DNA from: Phaeosaccion multiseriatum
Lineage: Eukaryota; Protista; Ochrophyta, other classes
Assembly: GCA_965112735.1 (NCBI GenBank)
Contig: OZ218962.1
Span: 310,001-374,000, forward strand
Length of the DNA stretch: 64,000 bases
Direction: 5' to 3'
Shown: positions 47,019 to 60,628 of the stretch, piece after piece
How the letters are laid out: the number at the start of each line of letters is the position of its first letter
How positions within the stretch are numbered: position 1 is the first letter of the stretch
The notes under the pieces: model-generated
Database searches by the model: none
What the model was told of the DNA's origin: nothing
What the model saw: the letters and a program-made list of their open reading frames with translations, nothing else
Made by a program: the position numbers and the translations under genes

Positions 47019-48308
47019 ATGCCTGCACCCATGTACACACTGCTGCTGCTAGTAGTGCAGCTGCTTGTGCTGCGCGGCGCGGCGGTTGCAGCCTTCCAGG
47101 CTTCCGTAGGTCCTACTTTCAGGAGCAGGAGCGCCAGCAGCAGGATTGAGGGGAGGGGGGAGGGGGCAGCTCGTTGCAGAAGAGGGAGCTACCTTGGCGC
47201 GGTAGCGGCTCCGGCTCCCAGTAGGGGAAGCCAAGCCGAGGAGGACAAGGCCAGGATCCAGGCGGCCATCAAAAGTACAGAGTTCAACAGCCCCAAAACC
47301 GATCTGGATGAGGAACTCGAGGGAGTGGTGCTTCCCTCCGCGTTGTCGGGCTTGGAGGTGAGCTCAAGTCTTAGAGTACCTGATGGGGTAGTGAGGGAGG
47401 CATTCCCGCTCCAGGAGGCCCGCGCTGCAGTGCAGGAGTTGGAGGGACGGGTTGTACGGGCGTGTTGTAGTAGTTGTTGTACCACCCCAGCCCGTCTCAG
47501 ACGGGGGTCATTCGGCAGCCTGTGCGAGCAATTGACGCAGGACGCACGTCTGAAATTCCAGGTGTCTGCTCCTATCCATAGGCGGCAGCGTTCATGTCCT
47601 GTTTCGCTGCACCAGACCCCTTTGCACACCGACGTCCCTCAAGTCTCGTGCTGAAGGACTGACGGACGGACTGACCGACTGAATGCTTGCCTGCTCGCCT
47701 GCTTGCTGACTTCCTGCTGACTGCTCGACTAGCTGCTGACTGGCTGCCGACTGTCTGCCTGATTCCTGACTGCTTTCTGCCTGCTGCCTGCCTGCTGACT
47801 GATCGACCGTCCCTCCGCCCCTGCCCCCCTCCCCTCCCCTCCCCTCCACGCCAGCGCATCACCCGAGCCGTAACCTTTTGGAGCAATGTGGTACCCATCC
47901 TATTCAGGTAGGTAGGGAGGGTCGGCCAACAACACGCAAGGCAAGCTCTCGAGGGGTGGAAGCTCACTCACACGCACCCTCTCTACCCTCTCCACACCAC
48001 CACCCACCACACTCTCCACCACCACCACCGCCTCTCTCTCTCCCTCTCTCTCTCCTTCACTCTCTCTCTCTCTCCCATGCCTTAGATACTACATGGAGAG
48101 CAACAAGGCGGAGGGGACGGTTACAGCCGAGGATTGGGAGGCCACACACGAGTGGGGCAGTGAGAAGCTCAGCTCAACCATCATGGACCTCAAGGGATTT
48201 TACGTCAAGACGGGGCAGGTGCGTGTGTGTGTGCGCGGGATGTGGTATGCGCGAGTGTGTGTACGTGCGTGGATGTGTGTGTATGTGTGTGTCTGTGTGT
48301 GCGTGGTG

Positions 48309-48340
<32 letters not shown>

Positions 48341-50603
48341 TGTGCCCGACGCTCTTGGTCAGCGCATGCCCCCCCCTCCCTCCCGCCCGACCCGTCCCCT
48401 CCCCTCCCCTCCCCTCTCCATCAGGTCATGTCTACCCGTGTGGACCTGTTTCCTGAGCAATACACGTCTAAGCTGCAGGGCCTGCAGGACCGTGTTGACC
48501 CCATACCCATTGAAGTCGTAAAGGCCCTCGTCTCGCAGGTGATGGACAGGGAGGGGAGGGAGGGAGGGAGGGAGGAAGGGAGTGATGGATGGATGGGGGG
48601 AGGGAGGGAGGGAGGGAGGGGAGGGAGGGGGAGGGAGGGGGAGGGAGGGGGAGGGGAGGGAGGGATGGAGGGTTGGAGGGTGGGGGAGGGTGGGGCAGGG
48701 GGTGAAAGGGGAGGGGAGGGAGGGGGGCACGCACGTGATGGTTCCACGGACGTACAAACGCACTGACGTCACTCACTCACTGACTTACGAACTTGACTTT
48801 CTTGACTCGTTGACTTACTACTCCAGGAGCTGCTGGAGGGCGAGCCGCTGAGCACTTTGTTCAAGGAGTTCGACGAAAAGCCCCTGGGGAGCGCCTCCAT
48901 CGCACAGGTACAGTAGGGGGGGGGGAGGGGGGCAGAGTAGGGAGGGGGGCAGAAGGAGGGGGCACAAGGGGGCGCAGCACACGACACCGCATGCGCCTTT
49001 CGTCGTTTGGAGTCGTAGTTCTCTCCTCTCATCACCTCTGCCATCCACTGCCATCCCCCGCCATCCCCTGCCCTCCCCAGGTGCACGGTGCGGTGCTACT
49101 TGACGGGAGGAAGGTCGCCGTTAAGGTGCAACGCCCTGCAGAGGAGCCCAAGCTCAGGGGGGACATTCAGAATCTCAAGGTAGAGTAGAGGTGTATGGGC
49201 CCGCGTGGGGGGGGGGGGGGGGGTGTCAGGATCCAGAGCCTCGAGGTAGAGGAATATGGGCAGGCGGGGGTGGTGTCAGGCTTTTAGGGCCCAACTGTTG
49301 GTGTATCACCAACTGCTGCTACCGCTCTGGGCCTGCCACTTGCATGCATCAACGGGGCCGTGCTGCGCGGAGAGGGCAGTTTGGCATAGAGCAGACGCGT
49401 CTACGTATGGTGGGGAGTGAGGGGAGGTCACGCAGCTGACCCCCCCTTTCTCTCTGCTTCTCCCTCCCTCCCTCGCTCGCTCCCTCCCTCCCTCTTTCTC
49501 TCTGCTCCTCCCTCCTCTCCCTCCCTCCCCTCCTCCCTCCCTCCCCTCCTCCCTCCCTCCCTCCCTCCCTCCCTCCCTCCCTCCCTCCCTCCCTCCCACC
49601 CCCAATTCCCTCGGTCCCTCCGTCCCTCCCCACAGGCCTTCGCCCTCCGTTTCCGAGAGAGCTTGCCTGTGGACTACTTCCCCGTATTCTGTGAGCTAGA
49701 AAGGGCTCTCACCAACGAGCTCGACTTTCGAGCAGAGGCCCAGAGCACAGAGAAAATCGCCGCGAGTGTGTCCCACACCGCCGATGGAGAGCCCGCCGTG
49801 CCTCCCTTGTATGTGCCCAGGCCCATTCCCGGCCTCTGCAGCAAGCGGGTCATGATTCTCGAGTGAGTGTGTGTGCGTGTGTGCGTGTGTGCGTGTGTGC
49901 GTGTGTGCGTGTGTGCGTGCGTGCGTGCGTGCGTGCAGGGGAGTGGGTTTGGGGTGTGGTTTGGGTGTGGTTTGGGTGTGGGGCTGTCGCTTCTGGTGTG
50001 GCTCCTCTTGGGCCACCTTCCCTAAGGCCTTTCCCCCTCCCGTCCCCTCCCCCCCTCCCCTCAGGTTCTGTGAAGGCATCGGGCTGAACCGCCTTGCCGA
50101 CAAAATGGCCGAGATGGGCGTCATGGAGGCGTCTCCCGAGGCCAAGTTGCTCGGCACCAAGCTCCTCACCGCACTCACTGAGGCCTTCGGGAGGATGATT
50201 TTCGGCAGTGGCTTCCTGCACGGGGTACGATGAGTCGTCAAGTTGACGTTGAAGTTGACGTTGAAGTTGTCATTGAAGTTGAAGTTTGCGTTTGAGCCTC
50301 TCTCTTACCCTCTCGCTCTCCCTCCCTCCCTCCCTCCCTCCCTCCCTCCCTCCCTCCCTCCCTCCCTCCCTCCCCCAGGACCCCCACCCCGGCAACATCT
50401 TCCTATCTCAGGGCGGCAAGGTTGCGCTGATCGACTGCGGACAGGTCAAGCAGCTTCCTCGCTCTCAGCAGCTCAAGATGGCCACCCTCATCAGCACCAT
50501 AGGTCCGTCTGGCAAGCAACACTCTCTCCCTCCCTTCCTCGCTGCCCTCTCCTTCCACCAACACACACTCTCTCTCTCCCTCTCCCTCCCTCCCTCCCTC
50601 CCT

Positions 50604-50647
<44 letters not shown>

Positions 50648-51439
50648 CTCTCTCCCTCTCTCTCCCCCCCTCCCTCTCTCTCCCCCCTCCCACCCACCAC
50701 GCACCCACGCACCCACGCACAACCATCAGGCAAGTGGGGCCAGCCGGACGGCCCCTCAGTAGAGACTCTGGGCAAGCAAGTGGCGGACTTTGGCGTGACC
50801 ACGAAGGAGGGAGCAGGGGAAGACTGCCTCGCCGCTGCTGCGCTGCTGCTCTTTGGGCCCGCGGGATGCTCTCTGCCGGGGGGCTACAGCAATCAGGTGA
50901 GAGAGCGAGTGAGTGAGTGAGTGGGACAGTGAGTGGGTGAGTGAGTGAGTGAGTGAGCGAGTGAGTGAGTGAGTGAGTGAGTGAGTTGAGTGGGTGAGTG
51001 AGTGAGTGAGTGAGCGAGTGAGTGAGTGAGTGAGTGAGTGAGTGGGTGAGTGAGTGGGTGGGTCAGTGAGTGGGTGAGTGAGTGAGTGAGTGAATGAGTG
51101 AAGTGCAGGGTAGATATGCTTGTTGCGTTGCTTGTTTGTGTGTGTGTTGTACGTTCACTCGACCAGACATAGCAGAGACCTCAGGGGGGGGGGTGGGAGG
51201 GCTCCAGCCAAAGGGCATTGCCGTGTTTGGTACTGGCGCTAACGTATCCTCACGTAATCTTACGTACTGTCAGGAGCTGAGCCAGGAGAGCCCTCTGCGG
51301 CAACTCCTCGCCTTTCCACAGGAGCTCGTTATGATGGGCAGGGCCACCATCCTTATCAAGGTAAGGGGAGGGGGATGGCAGTGGATGGGAAGGAGAGTGG
51401 ATAGCAGTGGATGGGGAGGAGGAGGAGGAGGAGGACGTG

Positions 51440-51475
<36 letters not shown>

Positions 51476-52095
51476 AGAGGGGAGGAGGAGGAGGAGGGTG
51501 GGGGAGGACAGGGTGGTGACGGAGTGGCGGTGAGGGGTCCTTTGATGCCCTTCTTCTGTCCTCGTATCCGCGCTGACGTACCACTACGTAACACTACGTA
51601 ACACTACGTAACACTACGTAACACTACGTACCACCACACACGCTCCGTGTCCCTTCCTTCGTCTCTTGTCGCTGTCGCCCCCCTCCCCCCCCACCCCCTT
51701 CCATCTATTGCCATCCTCTCTGTGCCCCTCATCCCCCAGGGCGTGGCCTCAAAGCTCGACATCAAATGGAATCTCGGCGAGAAGTGGCGGGCAGAGGCCG
51801 AGACGTGCCTATCATGTGGGCTTGACGGCTGCTCTGTGCCTGTGTACGCCGCCGTGCCCGCCCCCCTGGGAGGCGCGTTGAGGGCATCCGACGGCGGGGA
51901 CATGTCCGCACGCCCTAAATTCAAGGTATGCGTGTTTGTATGTATGTGTTATGTATGTGTTGGATGCTACCTACATGAGCCTGCTCTACTCTTACTTAAT
52001 TGTCTCTACTCTTACGTAATTGTCTCTACTCTTAATGGAGATACTTGCTTGAGCTTGAGGGCAGGCATGTCTGTTTCGTCACCCAGAGCAGGCTG

Positions 52096-52156
<61 letters not shown>

Positions 52157-52530
52157 GGGGCTGGTGCTCTGGCTCGGTTTTCTTCCCTCATGGGACGCCC
52201 GTGAATGAATGCATTGCGACGCTAACTTGCTAACCTAACCGCTCCTGCTGTATCACCAACTTGTCCTGCTGTATCACCAACTTCTCCTGCTGTATCACCA
52301 ACTGCTACACCTCGCCTCTACAGGACGTGCGGCAGTCTCTGCAGGGCGTGGGTGGCCTTGCTCGGAGCTGGGCCTTGGGAAAAGGCCTCGAGGTGATGCC
52401 TGAGAATCTCAAGAAGAAGCTTATCGCCAGAGCCGCAGACCGAATTGAGGGCATAGAGGAGGAGGGGGGAGAGGAGGGGGGAGAGGGGGGAGATGAGGCG
52501 GTGGACAAGGCTGAGGGTGCGGGAGGGTAG
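47019..52530 (+). CDS. ABC1/UbiB-family atypical kinase (ABC1K), probably plastid-targeted; multi-exon
   Basis: Signal peptide ending AAVAAF. Motifs LKGFYVKTGQ|VMSTRVDLFP, LQDRV, EKPLGSASIAQ|VH..AVKVQRP, ELDFRAEA, FLHG|DPHPGNI, ALIDCGQVK. Confidence 0.93.
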
Positions 52531-54212
52531 AGGATCGAGGGGCGGATTGAGAGTAGAGAAGGAGAGAGGGAGGTACGCTGGAGGAGAGTTACACATGAGC
52601 TCGGGGGAAAACGTCCCATCAGGCGAGCGAATGGACGCGCCTCCCGTTGTGGCGGGGGCGGGCGGGCAAGAAGGGAAGAAGACTGTTCCCGTGTTGCTGC
52701 AGGGGTTGGTTGTACGGGTTGGGAAGTCCCCCACACCACCGAAGGATTTTCCAAGTCTTTTCCCCGCGTCTTGAGGGGGAAGAGAAGAGCAAGAGAGAGA
52801 GAGAGAGAGAGAGGGGCTGCTGCATAGTTTCATTGCGAATGCATGTCTGCGCAGCAGCAGACAGTGCTGTGATGCGAGGCACTCATAGAGGAGGGAGGTG
52901 CGAGGGGCGTGGCGAAGCACACATAGAGGGGGGGGGAGGGAAGGGGAAGGGAAGGGAGGAAGCAGGGGATGGCAGCGTATGCATACAGACCTTAAAGACT
53001 TGTACGCCACCACACATTTAGAGCGTGGAGTGGCGCATACTGTACTCAGGTTATTTTCATATATCGAAATGGCATTGGTCGTCGTAGCAATTCACCTGGT
53101 CATTTGGTTAATCCCTCCTCCCCTCCCCTCCGCGCCCTAGAAGGAAAGGAGAGCAATGAGCGCTCGCCAACTCTTGTATGCCGCGCATCTCCTCCCTTGA
53201 GCAGCCCTTGAGCAGTGGGCATCGTGTGCAGCCGTACGGCGGTTCGGGCCCTCGCTCGCCCGCCGCATCTGCCCCCCCCCCCCCCCTCCTCTTTCCCCTG
53301 CCCTTCGCCCGCCCCCCTCTGAGGTACTACGAAGTACTTTCTTGTTCTTTTTGTTCTCCAGCCACCCCCCCCCCCCCCCACCTTTCCCTCCTCCGCCACT
53401 CTAGCTACAGTCTAACTACAGCTTCCTTCCCTACATGATAACGAGTGGGGACCGACCCCACCCCCTGAACCCCTCGCAATACATAATACTACGAAGTATT
53501 ACGTAACACTGCTAAGCAACCCCATCCTGCCCCCTCCCACCTTGCTCCTTTCCCTCCCTACCAACAACTAAGCCTCCTCCCACTCCACTTCCTTTTAACA
53601 TTCCCTGCAGTGCGTGTGCTTGCGTGCGTGCGTGCGTGCGTGCGCAGACGTGGCCGGCCTACCCGGGCTGTGCGTGCGGCTGTGCTGCTGTGCATCCCCA
53701 AGTGCTGTGCTGCTAGTGCTCCTGCCGTGCTTAGGCGGCAAGGCGCTGGATCAACCTCGACGCGAGAGGGGCCAAGAACGCCGCTCGGGCCTGACGTGAT
53801 CGGAGGAGGAAGGGGCAATAAGACAAGAGGTGGAAAACATTCGAAGCAACGATGGCCGGTCAGGAGCATCCCGCCAGAGGGGACAAAGGGGGAGGGGACA
53901 AAGGGGGAGGGAGGGGGGGAGGGAGGGAGGGGGGGAGGGAGGTATTCACTCACTCACTCACTCACTCACTCACTCACTCACTCACTCACTCACTCACTCA
54001 CTAATTCACTCACTCACTCACTCACTCACTCACTCACTCACTCACTCACTCACTCACTCACTCACTCACGCACTCACTCACTCACTCACTCACTCACTCA
54101 CTCACTCACTCACTCACTCACTCACTCACTCACTCACCCACTCACTCACTCACTCACTCACTCCCTCACGCACTCACCTTCTTGGCGTCGCCCATGCGCC
54201 TCTGCTTCTCCC

Positions 54213-54881
54213 TCACCAGTGGTTCGTGGTCGAGAACGTTCCGAGCGAAGTCTGTGCCCCAGGGGGGGGTGCGACCCGAGGGGGTGAGGAGCGCAGCAGG
54301 AATAGGAGGGGAAGGGAGGCGAGGGGAGAGGAGGCGAGGGGAGAGCAGGGAGGCCGGCAAGAAGACAAAGAAAGTGTGAGTCGGAGCCTCTGGAGTGCCC
54401 CCTCCCCTCCCCATCTCCACCGCCAATACATCCACTCGCCATCCACTGCCATCCCCTCCCCGCCCCATGCCACCCCCTCGCCCTCACCAGAGTCTCTGTA
54501 GATGAGCCCCACGACATCTTGGGGCTTCAGCCAACTCGCCAGACCGGGCCGTTTGCCGGCACCATCACCATCACCGTTGGCAGCGTGTGCCTTGGCTTTG
54601 ACTAAGGCGGTGCAGCACAGCCAGTCGAACATCTCGTCCACGTCCTCCTCACTCCAGATGTCCGGTGCTGCTGCCTCCTCCTGCTCCGCCTGCTTCTTCT
54701 CCGCTTCCTCCTCCTCTTCCTCCTCCTGTTCTTTCTCCTCCTCTTCCTCCTCCTCTTCCTCCTCCTGTTCTTTCTCCTCCTCTTCTTCTTCCCCCTCCTC
54801 CTCCTCCTCTTCCTCCTCCTCCTCCTCCTCCTCCTCCTCCTCCGCCTCCTCCTCCTCCTCCTCCTCCTCCTCCTCCTCCTG

Positions 54882-54913
<32 letters not shown>

Positions 54914-57833
54914 TCTCTTCCTTCTTCTGTACCACCAACTGCTCCTGGTGAGCAGCAGTGGCTCCCTCCCCTTGGCTAAGCAGCGCGTTCTTCCGCAGCT
55001 CACCGACATCTACATCGACACTGACATTGACATCGGGCTCCGAGTCGCCGTTGTCGCCGTTGAGGGTGGGCCTGGCGTGCCCCTGAGTCTGAGTGCTTGG
55101 TGTGAGGAGGTCGAGGTTGAGGCTCGTAAGACTTCCACTGCCTAGACCCCTGCCCTGCTTGCCCTTCTTGCCCTTGCCCTTGCCCTTGCCCTTTTCATTG
55201 CCTTGCGTGGTCGCCATTTGAGTGGCCATGACCGCCGAGAGCCGGCCCGATCCCGACCTCGGCGCTACGAGGGAGGGAAATTCTGTCCTATCACTGCCAT
55301 CTGTCCGTCCACCGCCATCTGTCCGTCCACTGCCATCTGTCCGTCCACTGCCATCTGTCCGTCCGCTGCCATCTGTCCGTCCACTGCCATCTGAGGTGTG
55401 CGTCGCCCCTGGTGTGGCCATGCCCGCCGACGGCCACCCCGGTCCCGATGCAGGTGCTATGGCGGAGGGGTACCAGGTTGCTGCATCCCCAACTGCTTCA
55501 CCCACTCCTGCTGCCGGAGGAGGGGGAGCCACTCCTGAATAACCATCCAGCGCGTTTCTGTAGGAACGCGGCTGCTGCTGAATCACCAACTGCTGCTGCT
55601 GCTGGTGGTGGTGGTGCTGGTGCTGTTTCACTGTGCCCCCGTCTGCGTTCCCCTGTTGGGCTGCTTGCCGTGTATGACCAACTGCTGGCCCTGAGGCCGG
55701 GGCTGAGGTTGGGGGCTCTGTCCAGCCCCCTTTCTTGGCTACACTCGTTTGGGGTCCTGCGGTGCCCCAAGAGTGCCCACCAGCAACCCCGCGCACAAAA
55801 TGAGAGGAGGAGGATGTGGAAGAGCCGGTGGAGGAGGAGGAGGAGGAAGCCCTTGCCATCATCGATGCAGCAGCAGCAGCGAGATGAGTGGGTTCGTTGA
55901 CCCCTCCTCCCCAGGCTGGGGCAGGAGTACGAGCAGACCTGGCGTCGACCCCCCCCCCCCCTCCTCCTCCTCCTCCTCCTCCTCCTCCTCCTCCTCCACC
56001 CACAGTGAAGCTCGGAGCTTGGGCGGCGAACGAGGCAGCTTTGCCGGTGTCTTTCCCCCCTCCCCCATCGATTGCCATCTCTCCTCCTCCTCGGCTGTTC
56101 CGCAGTGCCTCGGCGAAGGTACGAAGGCGCGGGGGTGGGACAGCCCGGGCCTGAGGCGGCGGGTTCGATTCCGAGGCTTTCTTTGCCTCTTTCGCTTTCT
56201 CCTCCTCTTTGTCCTTCTTGTCCCTCCCGTCACCCTCCTCCCTCGCCGGAGCCTGCTGCTGCTGCTGCCTTCTTCTTGTCCTTCTTGTTCTTGCTCTTGA
56301 CCTTCTTCTTCCCTGTACGCTTCCGTCCCTCCCCCTCCTGCTCTGGCGTAGTGGAGTCGTCTCGAGTCGGATGTGTGCCACTGGCTCGGCTGGCTGGCAC
56401 GAAAGGAGCGGCGAAGGCATCCAGAGGCCTCCGCCCCCCCCCCTCCGCCCCTGGAGCTGGGAAGGACTCGGATGTTGTTGCGTCCCTGTCCTCTACAGTC
56501 ATGTTGCCGGGGCTGAGGACGTAAGAGGACGAGGAGGAAGAGGAGCTTCGGTCCCCGAGTGACCCCTGCCCGAGTGACCCGTTCGAACCCCACGGTGCCC
56601 GCAGCGGCACTGGCCCCGGTAGCTGTGGCGCGTAGGAGAGAGGAGGCGCCCCGGCCCCATCGGATCGATCGAAGCCTTGAAAGCTCCCGCCTTGACCGCT
56701 GCCGTAGCTGAGGTTCAAATTGCAGGACTGGGGGCGGTAGTAGGTGCTGTTGTGATGGTCGTGACAGTCCTGCTGCCCATGGTCGTTACTGCCGTTGCTG
56801 CCAAAGTCGTTGGTGTATCCGGTACCGGTGTAGTAGGGGCCTGTGGCGTAGGAGGGCCCTGGGCCAGCCCCTGCCGGACTCATCGTGCCGCCCGCTGCAA
56901 AGCCTCCTCCGCCCCCATTTACTGCCATCCCTCCTCCCCCTCCTCCTCCTCCTCCTCCTCCTCCTCCTCCTCCTGCTGCTACTGCTGGTGCAGCTGCTAC
57001 TCCTCCCCCCCCGCCGTCGAGCCTGTAGCCCGAGCCGGGGACGGGCTCCGTGAGAGGACGTGAAGGAGTAGCCGGACGACCGTGTGGGGGTTGGTATGGC
57101 GGAAGATGGTAGGGCGGCAGCGACCCCCCCACGGGCCCGACACCAGGCATCGCAGAGTTGGCCCCGCCAGTGGGGGGAGGGAGCATGGGTTGCTGCGTCA
57201 TCAACTGCTGTACCACCAACTGCTGTACCACCGGCTGCTCTTGCTGCGACTCGGGATAGTACTGGGGGCGGTAGAAGTGCGGCGGCTGAGGCGGCTGCGG
57301 CAACTGCTGCTGCTGTTGAAACGGTTGCTGCGGTTGCTCCCGATGAAAATTAGAGTGGACGTACTGCGGCTGCTGCTGCTGCGGCTGCTGCTGCTGCTGC
57401 GGGTAGGAAGGAGGCCCCTGCTCGTTTAGCTCCGCCCGATCCTCACCCGGCTGCTGTATCACCAACTGCTGCAGCTGCTGCTGGCACTCGCGGGCCGCAG
57501 AGGGACTCTGGCTCAGCGTGAGGGAGGGTTCGTCGATGCTGGGCGGAGGTGGGGGGGGGGGCGGAGGCGGCGACACCACCCCGGCCCGAGAAGGAGAGAC
57601 CATGGCCGAATGTGTTGGTGATACAGCTGCCAGTGGGCCATGCGTGGGTGTGTGCGCGTCACGCTCCTCACCGCGGTGGTCCTGGGAGGGAGAAGTGCCG
57701 GCGCTTCGGCCCGAGCCAGCGCTTCGAACCGAGCCAGGGCGGGTACTGGGGGCCGCCGCTCCCCTGGGGGTCCCTCTCTGCTGCCTCGCCCCCCCCCTGG
57801 GAGTCGTCCACCCGCCTCTCTGCTGTTGATGCA

Positions 57834-57867
<34 letters not shown>

Positions 57868-59958
57868 TTGCTGCTGCTGGGGGGGGTGGTGGTGGTGGTG
57901 CTGCTGCTGCCGGTGGTGTATCGCCAACTGCTGCTGTTGTTGGTGGTGCTGATGATGCTGCTCTATCGCCAACTGCCGCTGGTGCTGCTGCTGCAGGTTG
58001 TGCTGATGAAACATCTGCTGTTGTTGAAGCTGCAGCTGCCACTGCGAAGGGCCTACCCCGGGGTGGTCAGGAGCTCGCTGGCGACGGAGGCGATGGGCAC
58101 GATTTTCACGATTCTCACGGTGGTTGCCGGTCTGGAAGCCCCGTCTTCCTCCACCTCCTCCTCCTCCTCCTCCTCCTCCTCCTCCTCCTCCTCCTCCTCC
58201 TCCTCCCAATCCTCCTGCTCCCCCTCCCTGCTTGTTGGCCCCTCTCCACTCTTCGCGCAGGGCGTTGTACCTTGCGAGGTGCTCCTCGAGCTCGGCGGGG
58301 TCATGAGCGAACAGGCACTTCTGCTCCAGGGGGGGACGGGTCAGCACGCGAGACGAGGAGAGGAGAGGAGAGGCGAAGAGAGGAGGATGGATGGGGAGGT
58401 GCGGCGGTCAGTCTCTTGTTGGTGTGTGAGCGTGAGGCACAGTTAAGAAGAAGCCCAAGTGAGCCATACAGTAATGCAATGGTAATCCCGTTCATCAAGT
58501 GTGCAGCTAGCTCCGGCCAGCTTCGTGTGCTGAGAGAAGGACAAATAGAAGTATGAAATAAGCCCCAAGCCGTGTGATGCACGACGAATGGCTAACTTTA
58601 ATTTCCTTCCACTCCACGAGCCTGCCTACCGCCTGCCTGCCTGCCTGCCTGCCTTCGCCCACCTGCCCATACGCCTGCCCTTGTATCTACCTGCCTGCCT
58701 GCCTACGCGCCTGCCCGTATGCTGCCCCATTCGCCTACCTCACTGACTTACTCACCTGCCCATAGCGGCAAGGCTGTCCATTGGCCACCGCGATGCACAC
58801 GGTGGTCTTGTATCGATGTTCGTTGATGGTCTTGACCCTGCGAGGGGCCCTGTTGCTATCTCTGTTGCCGCCACTGCTGCCTCTGCTGCCGCTGCCCGTA
58901 GCGGAGGATCTCGAACCCCAGCTGGGTCCAGCGTTCGGTCCAGTGTTGGGTCCAGCGTTGGGTCCAGCGTTGGATCCAGTGTTGATCGCCCCACCGCGGC
59001 GGGGGAGGTAGTCACTGCTGCTCCGGTTGTGGGCGCTCCCCCCCTGCGAGGGGTGGGAATGAGAGCGATGGTGACTCGGAGGAGCATCGTGGAATCCGCC
59101 CTGAGCACCTAGCGGGTGGTGGTCACCCTGAATGCCCTTCATGGTGGGACCTGCAAACGCGAAGCACGGCGCCGGGGCTCCGCTGGCCGTCGCCGCCACT
59201 CCTGCTCCACGCGCCCCTCCTCTTGGTCCGGGCTGGTGGTGGGCGTGCTTCCCTCCTCTCTGGGGCTGCCCCTCGTCTCCGTCCTTGCCGGGCTCCGAGT
59301 GTCCCGAGCGTCGATCTTGGCGCTCATGGTCATCTTTGTGGTCCTTGCCCCCGGTTCCTCTCCACCACGACCCCGACCCCGACCCGCCTCCTCCTCCCTG
59401 ATGATGATGGTCGTTGGCTTTCCCGCCTCCTTCCCCAACCGCAGCAGCAGCAGCAGCAGAAGCAGGGGACGCGGACGAGGGCGAAGGAGCCAATGCATCA
59501 CCATGCTGCCCAAGCCCCCCACCTTCGCCCGCGGCTCGCTCCGCTCTCTCCTCTCCCGCCGGCTGCTGCGATACGAGGAAGGACAGCTCCTGAGCCGAGG
59601 CCGGTGAGGGTGGGACCATCTCTGCGTGCTGTTCCTCCTCCTCTCTCCCCCGACGCTCGGGGGGGGGAGAGGCCCGGCGCTCCATCTGGCTTCTCCCGGT
59701 GCTACTTGCGAGTCTCGAGCGTCGTTCTTCTTCCCCCTTCTTCGAGGCTTTTGCCCCCTCATGAGGATGGCCGAGGTTCGGACGAGAGCCCGAGCCTGGC
59801 TCCATCATGAGGTGGGTCCCAGTGGACGGCTCCGCACCTTGGTCGTTGGGCTTGGTGATGGTCGCGATGGTAGTACTGCTCTCTTCCTTAGGCATCTCCT
59901 CGAGAAGAGGTCCCTGTCCCCTGCCAATGGCTCCGTTGCTTGGATACAGCTCTGGCAT
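54213..59958 (-). CDS. Large low-complexity CCCH zinc-finger (TIS11-like finger) RNA-binding protein; 3' end uncertain, frame break near 56240
   Basis: RYKTTVCIAVANGQPCRYG|QKCLFAH forms a C-x8-C-x5-C-x3-H finger across an intron (~58756 to ~58325). Q/G/P-rich ORFs 58347-56230 and 56420-54213 follow. Confidence 0.7.
55296..55393 (-). repeat. Coding 18-bp tandem repeat (TDGSGR x5-6)
   Basis: ccactgccatctgtccgt repeated. Confidence 0.85.
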
Positions 59959-60489
59959 GCTGAGGCTCCCCGATGGGTCGACCGCGGGCGGCGCTTGAAC
60001 GTGTTCTAACTCCCGACGCAGCAGCTAAGCCAGCTTCGGGCCCTCCGCACAGTCCCTCCCCCCAAAGCGGAAACAGTGTCCAGCTCAGCTGACTGAGTCG
60101 ACTTATCCCTGTCTCTTCTCGCCCCTCCTGCTCAAGTCCTTCTCGCTTGACGAGCGCTATGGCCTCCCCCAGCCCTGACCTACGTCAAGTTCCCTCTCAC
60201 GCAGCTACGAGCGTCGTTGGCTGCCTGGCTGCGCTGGCATGGAGGGCGAAAGGGCAGCACAGCAATGAAGGTGAGCACCGCACAGATAGTAGATCGGGAT
60301 GGTGCGATGGGAGCTGTCTGCCACTGGCCTGCGCTCTCCCCCTGCTCTGCAACTGGGGGGGGATCTCGCGTTAATTCAGAGCCATTTCACCCAAACATCG
60401 CCGCGCAACCCAGCTGAGCGCCTGGAGAAGGAAGACAGCGACAAGACAGGAGGACAGGACGTCTGCGCAGGCCGCCTTACCTAATGATT

Positions 60490-60628
60490 GCGCTTGTTTT
60501 TTGTGTTGCTGCCCCTCTTCCCTTCTAAGGTTTAAGCTAGCGCAGGGGCAGCTCGACATTTAGCGTCGACATTGGGGGAGAAAAGTAAAACGAAGACACT
60601 TTTGTGGATGACGAGCCCTCGGGTGGAG
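60490..60628 (+). repeat. Direct repeat copy 1 (paired with 63771-64000)
   Basis: aagctagcgcagg(g)gcagctcgacatttagc..ttgggggagaaaa.taaaacgaaga and ttgtggatgacgagccctcgggtggag are shared by both copies. Confidence 0.85.

Noticed and set aside
53945-54178. (CACT)n tract giving HSLT-repeat ORFs; similar (GT)n, (GA)n, (GGGA)n and (GAGT)n tracts throughout
   Set aside because: Ordinary intronic microsatellites typical of this genome.
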